Assembly (NCBI GenBank): GCA_963744085.1
Contig: CAVUSK010000012.1
Coordinates: 36,248 to 100,247, forward strand
From: an uncultured Actinomycetota bacterium
GTDB lineage: Bacteria > Actinomycetota > Actinomycetes > Mycobacteriales > Mycobacteriaceae
DNA length: 64,000 bases
Direction of reading: 5' to 3'
The translations under genes were made by a program, and so were the position numbers. This document shows positions 1 through 12,390 of this stretch, in pieces; position 1 is the stretch's first letter; the number at the start of each line of letters is the position of its first letter. A model generated the notes under the pieces. The model ran no database searches. It was not told the DNA's origin and was given only the letters and a program-made list of their open reading frames with translations.

Positions 1-1
1 G

Positions 2-331
2 GTCGTGGTGGGCATTTCAGCCGGCGCGGTCCAGCTAGGACTCTTTGGAATGGTCGAGACACCGGAATCCCCCGAAACCGAGCTGCTCGATGTGTTCAAG
101 CTCGTCCCCGTCGTCGTCGACGCGCACGACGAACGAGCCGAGTGGGCGCGGCTGTCGCGCACGATTCATTTGCTGGAGGGAGCGGCCACCGGGCTCGGAA
201 TCCCCTCCGGTGGCGGGGTCATCGTGCACGCGGATACCACCATCGAACCTCTGCGGCGTCCCGCGCACGAATTCCGTTCCGACGGTACTCGCGTCGCGCA
301 CTCACTGTTGTGCGCCGCAGAGGGCGACTGA
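2..331 (+). CDS. C-terminal part of a peptidase S51/cyanophycinase-like (class I glutamine amidotransferase-like) protein, 5'-truncated by the window edge
   Basis: Frame open from base 2; VVVGISAGAVQLG resembles the G-x-S-A-G nucleophile elbow, followed by LVPVVVDAHDE. Confidence 0.5.
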   Translation, partial: VVVGISAGAVQLGLFGMVETPESPETELLDVFKLVPVVVDAHDERAEWARLSRTIHLLEGAATGLGIPSGGGVIVHADTTIEPLRRPAHEFRSDGTRVAHSLLCAAEGD

Positions 332-893
332 CCGTCGTCCGGGTCGGGGCCAAAGTCAGTGAGATCAACAAGCAGCGGCTCGGCAAGCACCTGAACAAGC
401 CCCGTGTTGAACGGGGACCATGAACAATTGGGAGCCGGGCACTAACGCGAGATCCAATGCAAAGCCCGCGAACATTGAGCGCAGAGCGCGTTTTGGCGGC
501 TCTGCCGTCCCGGTGAGCGCGCTGTACAGACCTCGATGATCAAGGATCCGAACTCCTTGGCCCACAATGCCGCCCTGCCATTAGCCGCCGGGATTCCACC
601 ACCAGGGCGGGCGATGGTTTAGCAACACTAGCCGATTGATCAACTCGGAGAGTTGTATCAGCGGTGGTGAGACCAACCGGATTGTTGACCTCGTCCCGAA
701 CGTAACCTGCACGTTGATCAACTCGCGCAATGGCGCGTTGGAATGTCGATACTGACCCCGTGCGCCGATCCGGCTGATTGCGGACACCTTGGTACGTAGT
801 ATTCGCGAGTGCCGTTGGTGAACGGTCCGACTTTCACTGATTGCACGGTGGATCCACTGCCGACTGGCGCTACGCCCCGGGCGGGGAGGTTAT

Positions 894-1565
894 GTGGTGA
901 AGCTGCGACGGAAGAGGCGAGCGCCCCCGGCCGATGTGGTGATCGAGCTAGACAATGCCGACGAGCTGTTCGCGGCCGATGCCCGCGGCCTGCTCGCCGG
1001 CGCGCACCGCATCGATTGCGGTATGGACGAACTGGTGGAGCGGTTACTAGCCCAGAAAGAGGTTGCCGCTGACCAGCGCGTCGTTCTGGACATCGCCAGC
1101 GAGTGCTCCGACGAACTGGCTGCCAAGGTGGTGGCGGCCGTGCGCAGCTATTGCGAGCTGCGAATGCGCCGAGCCAACCGCGAACACGACGTGATCTGGC
1201 GCCAGGGCATGCGGTCACTGCTCAGTGGCTCGCTGCTGTTCGCTACGGGTATCGCGTTGTCGTACGCGTTCACGCGACCGGTGATGGGCGAATTTGCGAG
1301 CGACCTGCTCGGAAACGGCGCGTTCCTCGTCGTGGCGTGGGTTGGCCTGTGGTACCCGCTCGACCTGTTGTTTATCGCCCGGGAGCAGGCAAAGCGAGAG
1401 ATCCGCGTGCTCGGCAAGATGCTCACCGTGCCGGTCGTTGTTCGCGCCCACGACCGCGCACTGCCCGTTGCAGTGATACGCGGTTCACCGGTAAGCCAGG
1501 GTTCACAGCCAAGCGTGAATTCCCGATTCCGTCGTTTTCGTGGGCCATCCAACTCCGGCCTCTAG
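894..1565 (+). CDS. Hypothetical membrane protein (two C-terminal TM helices)
   Basis: 223-aa ORF; hydrophobic segments SLLSGSLLFATGIALSYAF and AFLVVAWVGLWYPLDLLFI. Confidence 0.6.
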   Translation: MVKLRRKRRAPPADVVIELDNADELFAADARGLLAGAHRIDCGMDELVERLLAQKEVAADQRVVLDIASECSDELAAKVVAAVRSYCELRMRRANREHDVIWRQGMRSLLSGSLLFATGIALSYAFTRPVMGEFASDLLGNGAFLVVAWVGLWYPLDLLFIAREQAKREIRVLGKMLTVPVVVRAHDRALPVAVIRGSPVSQGSQPSVNSRFRRFRGPSNSGL

Positions 1566-2005
1566 GGCAGTGGGCGCGGCACCGTCGGCCAGCTCGTCCT
1601 ACGGGTCAAGGACGCGTCCGAGGACGCCTGACCAGTCGGCGACATGTGCGCCATCTAGGGGCCGATCGCGCCCGGGATCCTACGGCAAGCTGAAGGTGAA
1701 GAGGTCGGCCTCATCGTCCCCCGCACCGCGACGGCGGATTGTCAACGCCCATGGCCGAGTACGTCGCGGCGGTCAACGCCGACGTGCCTCAATCCGGCGC
1801 CACGTTCCTGCACACCCAATACATCATCGCCGACCCCATTGAGGACGGGCCTCGGCGAGCTAATGATCGTCGGATTGCCCGCCGCCATTTTCGACGCGAT
1901 GTTCAAAGCAATCGGCAAGCGTGTCACCGACCTGGCGATCACTCGCGAGAGGCTGCTTCTAGCGATAAGGCTGAACCTGGTGAGCGTGGCAACTAGTCTG
2001 ACCGC

Positions 2006-3178
2006 ATGGTTCAACAGGAGAGTCGCGCGCCTGTTCCTTCTGCGGACCTGGCCGCGGCGCTGGCACCGTTCGGCCGATCGCGCATGCTGCCGCGGGAGGC
2101 CTACGTCGATCCCGAGGTTTTCGATTGGGAACAGCGCAACATCTTCTCTGGATGGACCTGTGTGGGCCATGCCAGCGATATCAATTCGGTCGGCGCCCAG
2201 CGCGCAGTCGGCTCTGGCGCGAACGCCATGCTGCTAGTGCGATCCGAGACCGACGTAGTGCGCGCGTTCGCCAACACCTGTCGCCACCGCGGCCACGAAC
2301 TGCTGGCGTCTGGCGCGGAAACCACGAAGCGCAGCATCATATGTCCGTACCACTCGTGGTCCTTTCGGCTGGACGGCGCGCTGCGGAATGCGCCCGGCTT
2401 CCGCGACGCCGACTACTTCGACCCGGGCGATTTCGGGCTCGCCGAACTGCGCCTGGTGAACTGGCACGGCTGGCTTTTCGTCGACCCGAGCGGGCGCGAC
2501 GCCGATTTCGTCGAGCACGTCGCGGGGCTCGAGGACATCGTCGGCCCCTACCGGCCCGAAGACCTTACGATCGTCGCCCGACACTCCTATGAGCTCGCCA
2601 CCAACTGGAAGGTCATCGTCGAGAACTACCAGGAGTGCTACCACTGTTCGAGAATCCACCCGGAGCTGTCCCGAGTCAGCCCGCCGACCAGCGGCGACAC
2701 CCTCGACCTCGAGGGATCGTGGCTTGCCGGCTGGATGTCGATCGTCGAGGGCGCAGAGACGATGTCGCTCACCGGCAAGAGCGGCGGCGTCTTCATCGCT
2801 GGACTGTCCGAGCAGCAACTGCGCAGCGTCATGTACGTCGTCGGATACCCGAATCTGCTGGTGAGTTTGCACCCCGACTACGTAATGACCCACCTCATGA
2901 TGCCGCTGGCCGTCGACCGCACGCACGTCGAGTGCGCCTGGGCCTTCCCGAAAGACGTTGCGGCCCATTCGGATTTCGATCCTTCGTATGCGGTGGACTT
3001 CTGGGACGTCACCAACCGGCAGGACTGGGCGGCCTGCGAATCGGTGCAACGCGGGCTCGCCTCACCGCACGCCCGCCCAGGTCCGCTGGCCCCGGACGAG
3101 AAGGGGGTCTACCAGTTCCTCACCCGGGTGGCTAGGGCGTACTCCGGTGCCGACGGTTCCGCGGCGGAGCGCCGGTGA
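2006..3178 (+). CDS. Rieske non-heme iron oxygenase alpha subunit (choline monooxygenase/GbcA-like group)
   Basis: Rieske ligands CRHRG and CPYHSW; mononuclear Fe motif NWKVIVENYQECYHCSRIHP; C-terminal QDWAACESVQRG. Confidence 0.9.
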   Translation: MVQQESRAPVPSADLAAALAPFGRSRMLPREAYVDPEVFDWEQRNIFSGWTCVGHASDINSVGAQRAVGSGANAMLLVRSETDVVRAFANTCRHRGHELLASGAETTKRSIICPYHSWSFRLDGALRNAPGFRDADYFDPGDFGLAELRLVNWHGWLFVDPSGRDADFVEHVAGLEDIVGPYRPEDLTIVARHSYELATNWKVIVENYQECYHCSRIHPELSRVSPPTSGDTLDLEGSWLAGWMSIVEGAETMSLTGKSGGVFIAGLSEQQLRSVMYVVGYPNLLVSLHPDYVMTHLMMPLAVDRTHVECAWAFPKDVAAHSDFDPSYAVDFWDVTNRQDWAACESVQRGLASPHARPGPLAPDEKGVYQFLTRVARAYSGADGSAAERR

Positions 3179-5255
3179 CGCTTTCAGTGGACTGACGTAG
3201 GTGCCCACCGCTGGTCTCGCTCATCGTGTACATCGCCGAAGAGGTGATGTACGGCACGGCTTCCGCCAGACCGTTGCCACGCTGATCGACGACGAGGGGC
3301 TCACGCGAGGATCGGGGCGAGAGACCTCCTCGGCCCACAGCAAGGTCTCGATGACTCAGGAACGCTACACGGCAAGGCTCACGCCGACGGATTCTCACTT
3401 CATCCCCTGGTTTTGCGGCCTGCTTCAGCTAAGTCGGCTCAATGCTGGTGACGAGCCTGGGCTAAACCAGATTCTTGTTGTGCCATAACGTATCTACCGG
3501 TTAACCCACTAACTAAGCTGACTATCGGTCGACTTGTGTAGGTATGCGGACGCTTTCGCGTATCCCTGGCCGCTGGGACGGTGCTGGGAATGGGATTTGC
3601 CGTCGCAACTAACCTTGCTGGTCGACTCCCCGAGCCGACCTCGATCGCCATGCGGTGCGTCTGATTCCTCCTGCGCAACAGCGGGATTGGCTGTCTGACA
3701 ACGATCCGGAGGGTGCGGAAGCGGCCGACGACGCGGGTCCAGGGTGCACGCTGAGGTGAAGGCGCGCCATGGCTCACGAGCACGCGGGATCGAGGAGCTG
3801 CTCAAGCGGGACGGTGTTGCCTATCGCCAGGACGCACAATGACTGACAACGACTCTAAAACGCCACGACCGCTGGGTTGTTCGATCCTCCCGGCGGTCGT
3901 AGTGCTGATATGTCTTACGTGTTCTTTGCGCCAGCGCGCGTGATCGTCAAATATCGACGAGTCGTTCGCGCGGAATCCTCCCCGCCGTCAGCGGTTGGTC
4001 GTGAACAACGACCAATACCACGACGTAAAGTACCGCTGTCACAATCGCAAAGAGGAGAGCAGTGATCATCAGTCACGAGTCCTTTCGACGGGTCAGTGCG
4101 GGCGATCTCACCCCAGTTGTGACACGACGCTGAACAAGGTGATGTTCGGCCATGTGACGCTCATCACGACATGACGTTCAACAAGAACGTCCCGGCCATC
4201 GGCGGGCCGCCGGGTCGAAGGGCAACGCTGTGTAGTTGTCAAAGAGCGAGCCTACGCAGTAGGTGAGCGAACTGGCGCAGTCAGTGAGCGTGCGCGCGAG
4301 TCAATGCAGTTGATGAGCTGAAAGTGGGTGAGCGAAACGGGGGCGTGATCCAATCTGCTGCCTCTAGTCCAATTCCAGCGCAGTCAAACGCTCCTGGATG
4401 ATCTGAACCGCGACTCGCAAGGCAGCTTCCGCACGGCGGGTATTGAGTAGGTAGGTTTGCAGCCATTGGGCTGCATGGTTTTCCATGAGGTGACGCACGG
4501 CCTCATACTCATCGCCGTTGCGGTGATCGCAGTGGTGGCCGCATATCCACAACGCACCTCTACGAAAACGGTTTCGGCTACCTCGACGCTCAGCGAGTGG
4601 GTTACGACGGCAATATCGCGTGCGCGAACAGGAAGGCGGGCGTCCCGCCGTACCAGGTCATTCCACTGCTCAAATCACGCGGCTACACGGCCGCCGAAGC
4701 GCAGGGCATCGTCCTGGCGGAGGGGACCGCCAGCGAGTCCCAGGCCTTTCCTGTCTGCTGATGACGAAGAGGCTCTGCCATCAAAGGCAATGCCGAGGTT
4801 GACGTGCTCGCTCAATGTTGTTTGCTGGCCGCGCTTTGCCGGTCGCGGCCATCGCATCGAGCACGGCCATCGCGTCGGCGTGATCGTCTTCGAACAGGTG
4901 CTGCATAGATGCCGAGCGTCGTCTTCACCTTAGTTGTGCCCCATTAACCGACTGATTTCGAGCGGCGGGCGCGGCGGGCATCGTCAGCACAACCTCGGCG
5001 CCAATCACGCCGCCGTCGGCAACCGCAACCAGGGCGGGCGTGTCAGCGAGTTCGTCGTCGTCTGACGTGCCGTCCGAGTAGTTGACTTCTCCCACGGTGC
5101 TTCGGCGTCGGGTCCGACAGCGAAGTGCAACAGCGTCATCAACTCTGCCGTCGATTCCCGAACGAAATCAGCCGCCTGGCCGTCGTTCCTTCACATCGCG
5201 CGGTGCGCTGAGTAGCGTCATCGTCAGCGTCGGACGCCACAGGAAGTGTTGAACA

Positions 5256-6844
5256 ATGCAACCCCAAACAGCCACGCCAACCGAGTTGGTCCAAGCCCCC
5301 AAAGAAGCCCCTCAAAAAGTAGTCGTCAGGTGTCCGGCAAATGGCGAGTATGTCGGCGCCGTGCCGGTGACGCCGCGCGCCGAGATCGAGGCGATCGCGG
5401 CGCGGCTTCGCGACGCTCAGCCGGCTTGGCAGGCGATGGGGCCGCAGAAGCGCGGCGAATGGCTTGGTAAATGGCGGGACTGGTTGCTGGATCGCGAAGA
5501 CGAACTGTCGCGTCTGCTGCAGCGGGAATCTGGTAAGTCGTGGGGGACACGGCGTTGGAAATTCCCTTCTCCACCGCGCTCTTCAATTACTGGATCGAGA
5601 ACGGGGCCAAGTTCCTGGCCGACGAGGGCGTAGCTCCCGCGGGGGTGGCCAACGCCGTCAAGCAGTTGAAGGTCTTCTACGAACCGTACCCGCTCGTCGG
5701 AATGATCACGCCGTGGAATGGGCCCCTCACCGCGCCGTTTCTCGACATCCCGCCGGCTCTGATCGCCGGATGCGCTGTACTGACTAAGCCCTCGGAATAC
5801 AGCCCGCTGGTGTGGCAGGCGGCGGTCGCCGGGTGGAAGGAGATCGACGCCCCGGACGTTCTCGACGCGGTCTATGGATTCGGCGAAACCGGTTCGGCCG
5901 TGGTCGATCTCGTCGACTTCATCATGTTCACCGGCTCGGTCAGCACGGGCAGACGGGTCGCGTTGGCCGCGGCGCAACGGCTGATCCCCTACAGCCTGGA
6001 ACTCGGCGGCAAGGACGCGATGATCGTGTGCGCAGACGCCGACATCGACCGGGCTGTGGAGGGCGCGGTGTGGGGTGGGTTCGTCAATGCCGGTCAGATC
6101 TGCATCTCGGTCGAACGGGTGTATGTGGAAGAGCCGGTCTACGACGAGTTCGTCAAGAAACTGGTGGCTAGGACGGCTGAGTTGCGCGTGGGGATGGACA
6201 CCGAAAAGCACTTTTCGGCCGACGTCGGATCGCTGGCGACCAAGCAGCAGCTGGACATCGTGTCCCGCCACGTCGACGACGCTCGCAGCAAGGGCGCCAA
6301 GGTTCTCATAGGAGGCACGGCGCGTGGGGGTGGCCCTTCTGGTGGCCTCTTCTACGAGCCGACCGTGATGGTCGACGTGGACCACAGCATGGACTGCATG
6401 CGCGAGGAGACATTCGGCCCGACGCTGCCGGTCATGAAGGTGCGTGACACCGCGGAGGCGATCGAGAAAGCCAACGACTCGCGGCTGGGTTTGTCGGGCA
6501 GCGTATGGACCCGCGACAGAGCCAAGGCGATCGCGTTGGCCCGCCGGTTCAACACCGGACTCGTGCACCTCAACGACGTCATGATGGGCGTAGGGCAGAC
6601 GCCGGTGCCGTTCGGCGGCTGGAACGAATCCGGGGTGGGGTCCCGCTCGGGCGGACCCACGGGGATTCGGAAGTACTGCCGCACCAAGAGCATTGTGGCC
6701 AACCGGGTCGAGATGAAGAAGGAAGTCAACTGGTATCCGTACACAGCGCGGAAGGGCAAGTTTCAGTCGGCGATGGCCAGGTTCGTGGGCGCCCGGGATT
6801 GGCGTCGCCGGCTGGGTTTACGGGCCCGCCCGGCTACTCGTTAG
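5256..6844 (+). pseudogene. Aldehyde dehydrogenase split by a single-base frameshift near 5541-5546
   Basis: ORF 5256-5633 gives the N-terminus (RCPANGE...ESGKSWG); ORF 5540-6844 has ITPWNGP, FTGSVSTG, LELGGKD, catalytic GQICISVER and EETFGP; the junction is a G5 run (tgggggac). Confidence 0.85.
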
Positions 6845-6859
6845 ATTCGTGGCCTTTAT

Positions 6860-7817
6860 CAAGTCGGCCGATGGGCAAATGCGACCGAGAGAATCTCCTT
6901 GAACCCAACCCCGTAGCCGGATGACGTTGGTCGCATTGGTGTTTGGGCCGGCCATCTGCCCAAGCTCGGCCATCGCGTCGGCGTGTCCCGCGCGACCGGG
7001 CGGATATTCGTCGCGACGATGACGCGGCGCGACACCGAACACTGACGTTTGCCGTACTTACGGTGACACCATTTGCGTCCTGCATAATCTGGCGGACGGG
7101 CGAGCCAAGATGGACACCTTCCGGACCCAGTTCTTCGACGATTCGCTCCGCCATTTGCGTCATACCGCCGCGGATACGAAATTGCTCGGCCTGCCCGGGG
7201 GCCCTGGCCGTTCATATTGAAGAGCTTGCTGCCATAGGTCTGGAGCACAAAGAGCCAGTGCAGCAGGGACACCTATTTGTGGACCTTATTCTTGAAATCC
7301 ACGAAGATTGTCTTGCCCTTGTCGTACTGCTGGTAGACCTCGATACCGAATTCGTCCACGAGCCGTCGAACGTCGGGCTGGCGGCTCATGCGGTTGAAGT
7401 CATGAGCCTTATCCCCCGCCACGAAGTAGGCCATCAAGCCAGGGGTGTCGATGCCCTCTTCGTATCCACACTCTCTGGGGCCCGGCACCACGCGCGAGGC
7501 CGACCAAATAACCGTGCAATCGTGGTTCAACCTGAACATGTTCACCGACGAAGCAAAAGCGCTGTTAGGCGAGGCGATCGTCGGCTACACAGGCGTAGAA
7601 CTTGGTGCGGGTCGCGCGCCTCGTGATCGCTAACCCACTGTCCGCCGATCTCGAACGGCGTGCCATCGGAAAGATAGGTCGTCCACGTGCGACCACCGAT
7701 GCGTGGTGCCGCCTCGAGCACGGTCACCGAGTGGCCAGCTTTGTGGATCCGGTGTGCGGCCGTTAGCCCGGCATACCCCGCCCCCACGACACAGAAATCG
7801 GATTCCAACTGGGACAC
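6860..7817 (-). pseudogene. Flavin monoamine oxidase remnant, fragmented and apparently non-colinear
   Basis: RBS aaggag + GTG start; VVGAGYAGLTAA...LEAAPRIGGRTWT...EIGGQWVS; further pieces RQPDVRRLVDEFGIEVYQQYDKG, SLLHWLF and GGMTQMAERIVEELG...LGSPVRQI in different frames with stops. Confidence 0.75.
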
Positions 7818-8322
7818 CCGTTAACTCCTTGCGCGGCGAGTTCCGAGAGGTTCACGCTGCGCTTTTGACGGGCAGGTCAATGCCGAACTGCGAGATAACT
7901 GTGACATCGCAAGGCGTCGATGTGTGTTACAGGATCGCGGGCATAGGTTTCGGCCGATTCGTCGTCGCGCAACTGCACGGCTGACGGGCAGAGTGGTCTT
8001 CAGGTTGCTAGCACGCCGTTGATCCGACTCAGACTCGCCAAGGGTGACCCTCGTTAATTCGGGACGCCAGGCGAGGCGTCATATCGTCGAGGTGTCCCCG
8101 GCGATTTGATCTACCGCTCGATCTCGACCAGTCGGTCCGCATCCCCCGAACCGTGCACGATGTGGCCGACGACGTCATTTCCAGCTTAACCCTGCACAAT
8201 GCCTGAGGTATTTGTTGTGGTGCCCAGACCCGTATCGTAGGGTCAACCTAGTTGATATAGGCCCGTCCGTCGAGGAGATGTACTACGTCCGCGCCTGTCG
8301 CCGCTCATTGAAAGGGTCACGG

Positions 8323-8769
8323 ATGCAGCGGTTTTCGATCGGACGCCGACTGAGCCGACGCTGGATGCTGCTGGTAGCGGTGCTGGTGGTCGCGGCGGCT
8401 GGATTCGCGGTGTACCGCCTGCACGGCATCTTCGCCTCCCACGACGTCACGTCCACACCCAGCGGCACCGAGAACGACATCGTTCCGTTCAACCCCAAAC
8501 ACGTGGTCATGGAGGTCTTCGGCCCGCCGGGCACGGTGGCAACCATCACCTACCTCGACGTGAACGCCCAACCGCAGCGCGTCGACGCCGTTACGCTGCC
8601 CTGGGCCTACGACACGACCACCACCCAACCGGCGGTCTTCGTCAACGTCTCCGCCCAGGGCAACAGCAACTCGATCGGCTGCCGAATCAAGATTGACAAC
8701 GTGGTCAAGGACGAGAGATCGGTGAACACCTTGAACGCCTTCACCTATTGCCTGGATAAATCCGGATGA
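8323..8769 (+). CDS. mmpS: MmpS family membrane protein
   Basis: N-terminal [31 protein letters not shown]...TYCLDKS; stop overlaps the mmpL start; start placed at ATG after aaaggg. Confidence 0.9.
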   Translation: MQRFSIGRRLSRRWMLLVAVLVVAAAGFAVYRLHGIFASHDVTSTPSGTENDIVPFNPKHVVMEVFGPPGTVATITYLDVNAQPQRVDAVTLPWAYDTTTTQPAVFVNVSAQGNSNSIGCRIKIDNVVKDERSVNTLNAFTYCLDKSG

Positions 8770-11672
8770 GCACCCACAACATCTCGCGGCATTCGGTTCC
8801 CGACTTGATCCGGCGGTTTGCGGTGCTGATCGCGCTGTTTTGGCTGGGCCTGGCGGTAGTCACGAATGTTTTCGTGCCGCAATTGGAGACCGTTGCCCAA
8901 GCGCACAACGTGTCGCTGAGCCCCCAAAATGCGCCGTCGCTGCAGGCCAGTAAACGCATCGGCAAGGTGTTTCACGAATTCGATTCCGACAGTGCGGCGA
9001 TGATCGTCCTGGAGGGCGACAAGCCGCTCGGTGCCGACGCGCACCATTACTACGACGGCTTGATTCAAAAGCTCTCCCAGGACACGAAGCACGTGGAGCA
9101 CATTCAGGATTTCTGGGGCGATCCGCTGACGGCCGCCGGCTCGCAGAGCGCCGACGGCAAGGCGGCGTTAGTGCAGGTGTACCTTGCCGGTAACCAGGGC
9201 GAGTCGTTGGCTAATGAGTCCGTCGATTCTGTACGCAACATCGTGGACCAGACGCCGCCGCCGCCGGGTGTCAAGGCCTATGTCACCGGCGCCGCGCCCC
9301 TGGTCACCGATCAGTTCGAGGTGGGCCGCCACGGCACCCTGAAAACCACCCTGATCACCATCGGGGTGATCGCTGTGATGCTCTTTTCGCTCTACCGTCG
9401 TCTCACCACGGTGTTTCTCGTGATTTTCACGGTGATGATCGAGTTGACCGCGTCCCGCGGCGTCGTCGCCGTTCTCGCCAACGCCGGCATCATCAAGCTG
9501 TCGACGTATTCGACCAATCTGCTGACGCTACTGGTCATCGCCGCCGGAACAGATTATGCGATCTTCATTCTCGGCCGTTTTCACGAAGGGCGTTATGCCG
9601 GGCAGGATCGCGTATCAGCGTTCAATACGATGTACCGCGGCACCGCGCACATTATCTTGGGTTCGGGCCTGACGATTGCCGGCGCGGTGTTCTGTCTGAC
9701 CTTCACCCGGCTCCCGTATTTTCAGAGCCTCGGCGTCCCCGCTGGAATTGGTGTCCTTGTCGCAGTGGTGGCGGCATTGACCCTGGCGCCGGCCGTGCTG
9801 ACCATCGGCCGCCACTTCGGTCTGTTCGAACCCAGCCGCCCGATGCGCACCCAGGGCTGGCGGCGCATCGGCACAGCCATCGTGCGCTGGCCCGGACCCA
9901 TCCTGCTGGCGACGATCGCCGTGGCTGCCATCGGTCTGCTCGCCCTGCCGGGATACACCACGAGTTACGACGCCCGCCCATACATGCCTGCCTCTGCCCC
10001 CGCCAATATCGGATACGCGGCCGCGGAACGCCATTTTTCGCAGGCGCGCCTGAATCCCGAACTGTTGATGATCGAAGCCGACCACGATCTACGAAATTCC
10101 ACCGACATGATCCTGCTGGAGCGCGTCGCCAAGGCGGTCTTCCACACCGACGGCATCGCTCAGGTGCAGTCGATCACCCGGCCGCTGGGCACGCCCTTGG
10201 ACCACACGTCGATACCGTTCCAGATCAGCGCGGGGAGCGCGTCTCAGATCAACAATCTGCCCTTTCAGCAGGCCCGCGGCGCCGACCTGCTCAAGCAGGT
10301 CGACGTAATCAACAACTCGATCGACGTTCTGCGACAGCAGTATGCGCTGCAACAACAGTCCAGCGCCGTCACCGACGAGCAAGCCAAGGCGTTCCAGCAG
10401 ACGGTCGCCACGGCCCAGGACCTGCGCGACAAGATTGCCAACTTCGACGACTTCTTCCGGCCCCTGCGCAACTACTTCTACTGGGAGCCACACTGTTTCG
10501 ACATCCCGATCTGCGCCGCGTTGCGGTCGGTCTTCGACGCGCTCGACGGCATCGACGCGCTGACCGACGAACTGAGCGACGTCTCGGGCAGCATCGCCAA
10601 GTTGGATGCGCTGCAGCCGAAGCTGCTCGCGCTGATTCCTCCTCAGATCGCGAGCCAGCAGACCAACCGCGATCTGACGCTGACGAACTACGCCACCACC
10701 TCGGGCATTGACGACCAGACTGCGGCGGCCCTGCAGAACTCCACCGCCCTGGGCCAGGCATATGACGCGTCGAAAACCGATGACTCTTTCTATCTCCCGC
10801 CGGAGGCATTCACCAACCCTGAATTCCAACGCGGGCTCAAGCTGTTCCTGTCGCCGGACGGCAAGGCTGCGCGGATGATCATCACGCACGACGGCGATCC
10901 CGCCACGCCGGAGGGCATTTCGCACATCGACGCCATCAGGCACGCCGCGCAGGAAGCCGTCAAGGGCACACCCCTAGCGGGATCCAAGATCTACCTCGCC
11001 GGTACTGCAGCCACCTACAAGGACATCCAGGACGGCGCCAAATACGATCTCATGATCGCCGGGATCGCTGCGCTGAGCCTGATTTTGCTCGTCATGATGT
11101 TCATCACCCGAAGCGTCGTCGCCGCGCTCGTCATCGTGGGCACTGTTGCAGTGTCGTTGGGTGCCTCTTTCGGGCTTTCCGTGCTGATTTGGCAGGACCT
11201 TCTCGGTATCCAGCTGTACTGGATCGTGCTGGCGCTGGCCGTCATCCTGCTATTGGCGGTGGGGTCGGACTACAACCTGCTGCTGATCTCTCGGTTCAAG
11301 GAGGAGATCGGCGCCGGCTTGAAGACCGGCATCATCCGGTCGATGGCCGGCTCCGGCGCGGTGGTGACGGCGGCCGGTCTGGTGTTCGCGGCGACCATGG
11401 CCTCCTTCGTGTTCGCCGACTTGCGGATTCTCGGTCAGATCGGGACCACGATCGCCCTTGGTCTGCTGTTCGACACGCTGATCGTGCGTTCGTTCATGAC
11501 GCCGTCAATCGCAGCGCTGCTCGGGCGCTGGTTCTGGTGGCCGCTAAGGGTGCGCTCCCGCCCCGCCAGCCAAATGCTTCAGCCTTACGGATCACGCCAA
11601 TCGGTTCGTCAACTACTGCTGTGGGAAGACGGAGACCCGATCTCCGAACCACCACCACGCTCTCAATCATGA
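8766..11672 (+). CDS. mmpL: MmpL family RND transporter (MmpL4/MmpL5-like)
   Basis: 968 aa; two TM bundles with [10 protein letters not shown] and [10 protein letters not shown] motifs; [15 protein letters not shown]; ends GRWFWWP. Confidence 0.95.
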   Translation: MSTHNISRHSVPDLIRRFAVLIALFWLGLAVVTNVFVPQLETVAQAHNVSLSPQNAPSLQASKRIGKVFHEFDSDSAAMIVLEGDKPLGADAHHYYDGLIQKLSQDTKHVEHIQDFWGDPLTAAGSQSADGKAALVQVYLAGNQGESLANESVDSVRNIVDQTPPPPGVKAYVTGAAPLVTDQFEVGRHGTLKTTLITIGVIAVMLFSLYRRLTTVFLVIFTVMIELTASRGVVAVLANAGIIKLSTYSTNLLTLLVIAAGTDYAIFILGRFHEGRYAGQDRVSAFNTMYRGTAHIILGSGLTIAGAVFCLTFTRLPYFQSLGVPAGIGVLVAVVAALTLAPAVLTIGRHFGLFEPSRPMRTQGWRRIGTAIVRWPGPILLATIAVAAIGLLALPGYTTSYDARPYMPASAPANIGYAAAERHFSQARLNPELLMIEADHDLRNSTDMILLERVAKAVFHTDGIAQVQSITRPLGTPLDHTSIPFQISAGSASQINNLPFQQARGADLLKQVDVINNSIDVLRQQYALQQQSSAVTDEQAKAFQQTVATAQDLRDKIANFDDFFRPLRNYFYWEPHCFDIPICAALRSVFDALDGIDALTDELSDVSGSIAKLDALQPKLLALIPPQIASQQTNRDLTLTNYATTSGIDDQTAAALQNSTALGQAYDASKTDDSFYLPPEAFTNPEFQRGLKLFLSPDGKAARMIITHDGDPATPEGISHIDAIRHAAQEAVKGTPLAGSKIYLAGTAATYKDIQDGAKYDLMIAGIAALSLILLVMMFITRSVVAALVIVGTVAVSLGASFGLSVLIWQDLLGIQLYWIVLALAVILLLAVGSDYNLLLISRFKEEIGAGLKTGIIRSMAGSGAVVTAAGLVFAATMASFVFADLRILGQIGTTIALGLLFDTLIVRSFMTPSIAALLGRWFWWPLRVRSRPASQMLQPYGSRQSVRQLLLWEDGDPISEPPPRSQS

Positions 11673-11715
11673 CGAGAGAGAATCGAATGGTGCTTGGCAG
11701 CAGTCGCGGCGGCGG

Positions 11716-12186
11716 CTAGGCAGTGGCGAGCTCTTCAGATGACTCCGGCACCGTCAACGAAACTTCTCGCAGTCGCCCTTTCAACCGCGCGACCCTGCGC
11801 AGCTGAGCGGCCATGTTCATGGAGGTCAACATCGGGATGCCTCCGATGAACGTTCGGAACGAGGGATGGCCGCCATCTATATGGAGCACGAAAAGGCAGC
11901 CGACCACGTAGAAGAATCCCATCGTGAACAGAGCCGCAGGTATCGCGTACGCGAGCGGTGATCGAGCGTCAGCAACCAGTTCGGTCGCATAATCCACTTC
12001 TTCCTGCGACATCGGTTCGCGCTTGCGGAGTTTGACCAGCACCGCTTTATGGGCGCCCACTCTTTCACCTAAAGGATGGGATGTCCGCTTCTCCAGCCGG
12101 CTGATGTACACGAATACGCAAGTGGCGAACACCATTTCCATCACGGCAGTGAGGATCGTGAGATCACCCCATGGACCGAGATTCAC
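11716..12186 (-). CDS. Hypothetical membrane protein
   Basis: 156-aa ORF with two to three hydrophobic segments. Confidence 0.6.
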   Translation of the reverse strand: MNLGPWGDLTILTAVMEMVFATCVFVYISRLEKRTSHPLGERVGAHKAVLVKLRKREPMSQEEVDYATELVADARSPLAYAIPAALFTMGFFYVVGCLFVLHIDGGHPSFRTFIGGIPMLTSMNMAAQLRRVARLKGRLREVSLTVPESSEELATA

Positions 12187-12390
12187 CCTGCCGCTCCTTT
12201 GCTCCCCGTCGAACGTCGCATCAAGCCTGAAATGGCCGAGCCCTCGCCGTCGAGAATAGAGCGTTACACCGTCGCGGATGCCCTTGAGGCGTCGCTGACC
12301 CGCAGAGGGCCATTGGGAGCTGGTCTCGCGCGCCCGTGCGATCGCGGCGCCGGATCAACCGAAGTCAACCGAAGTCACATAGGTCTGAAG

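Noticed and set aside
1566-2005. Possible gene fragments upstream of the Rieske gene (EGEEVGLIVP, MAEYVAAVNAD)
   Set aside because: Protein-like but frameshifted, and I cannot assign a family
4364-5150. Minus-strand fragments possibly from a decayed regulator (GDEYEAVRHLMENH)
   Set aside because: Multiple stops and shifts; similarity too weak to call
5417-6568. Long antisense ORFs (also 47017-48702, 28429-29823, 10089-10943, 60833-61456)
   Set aside because: Shadow ORFs typical of high-GC coding DNA, opposite well-supported genes
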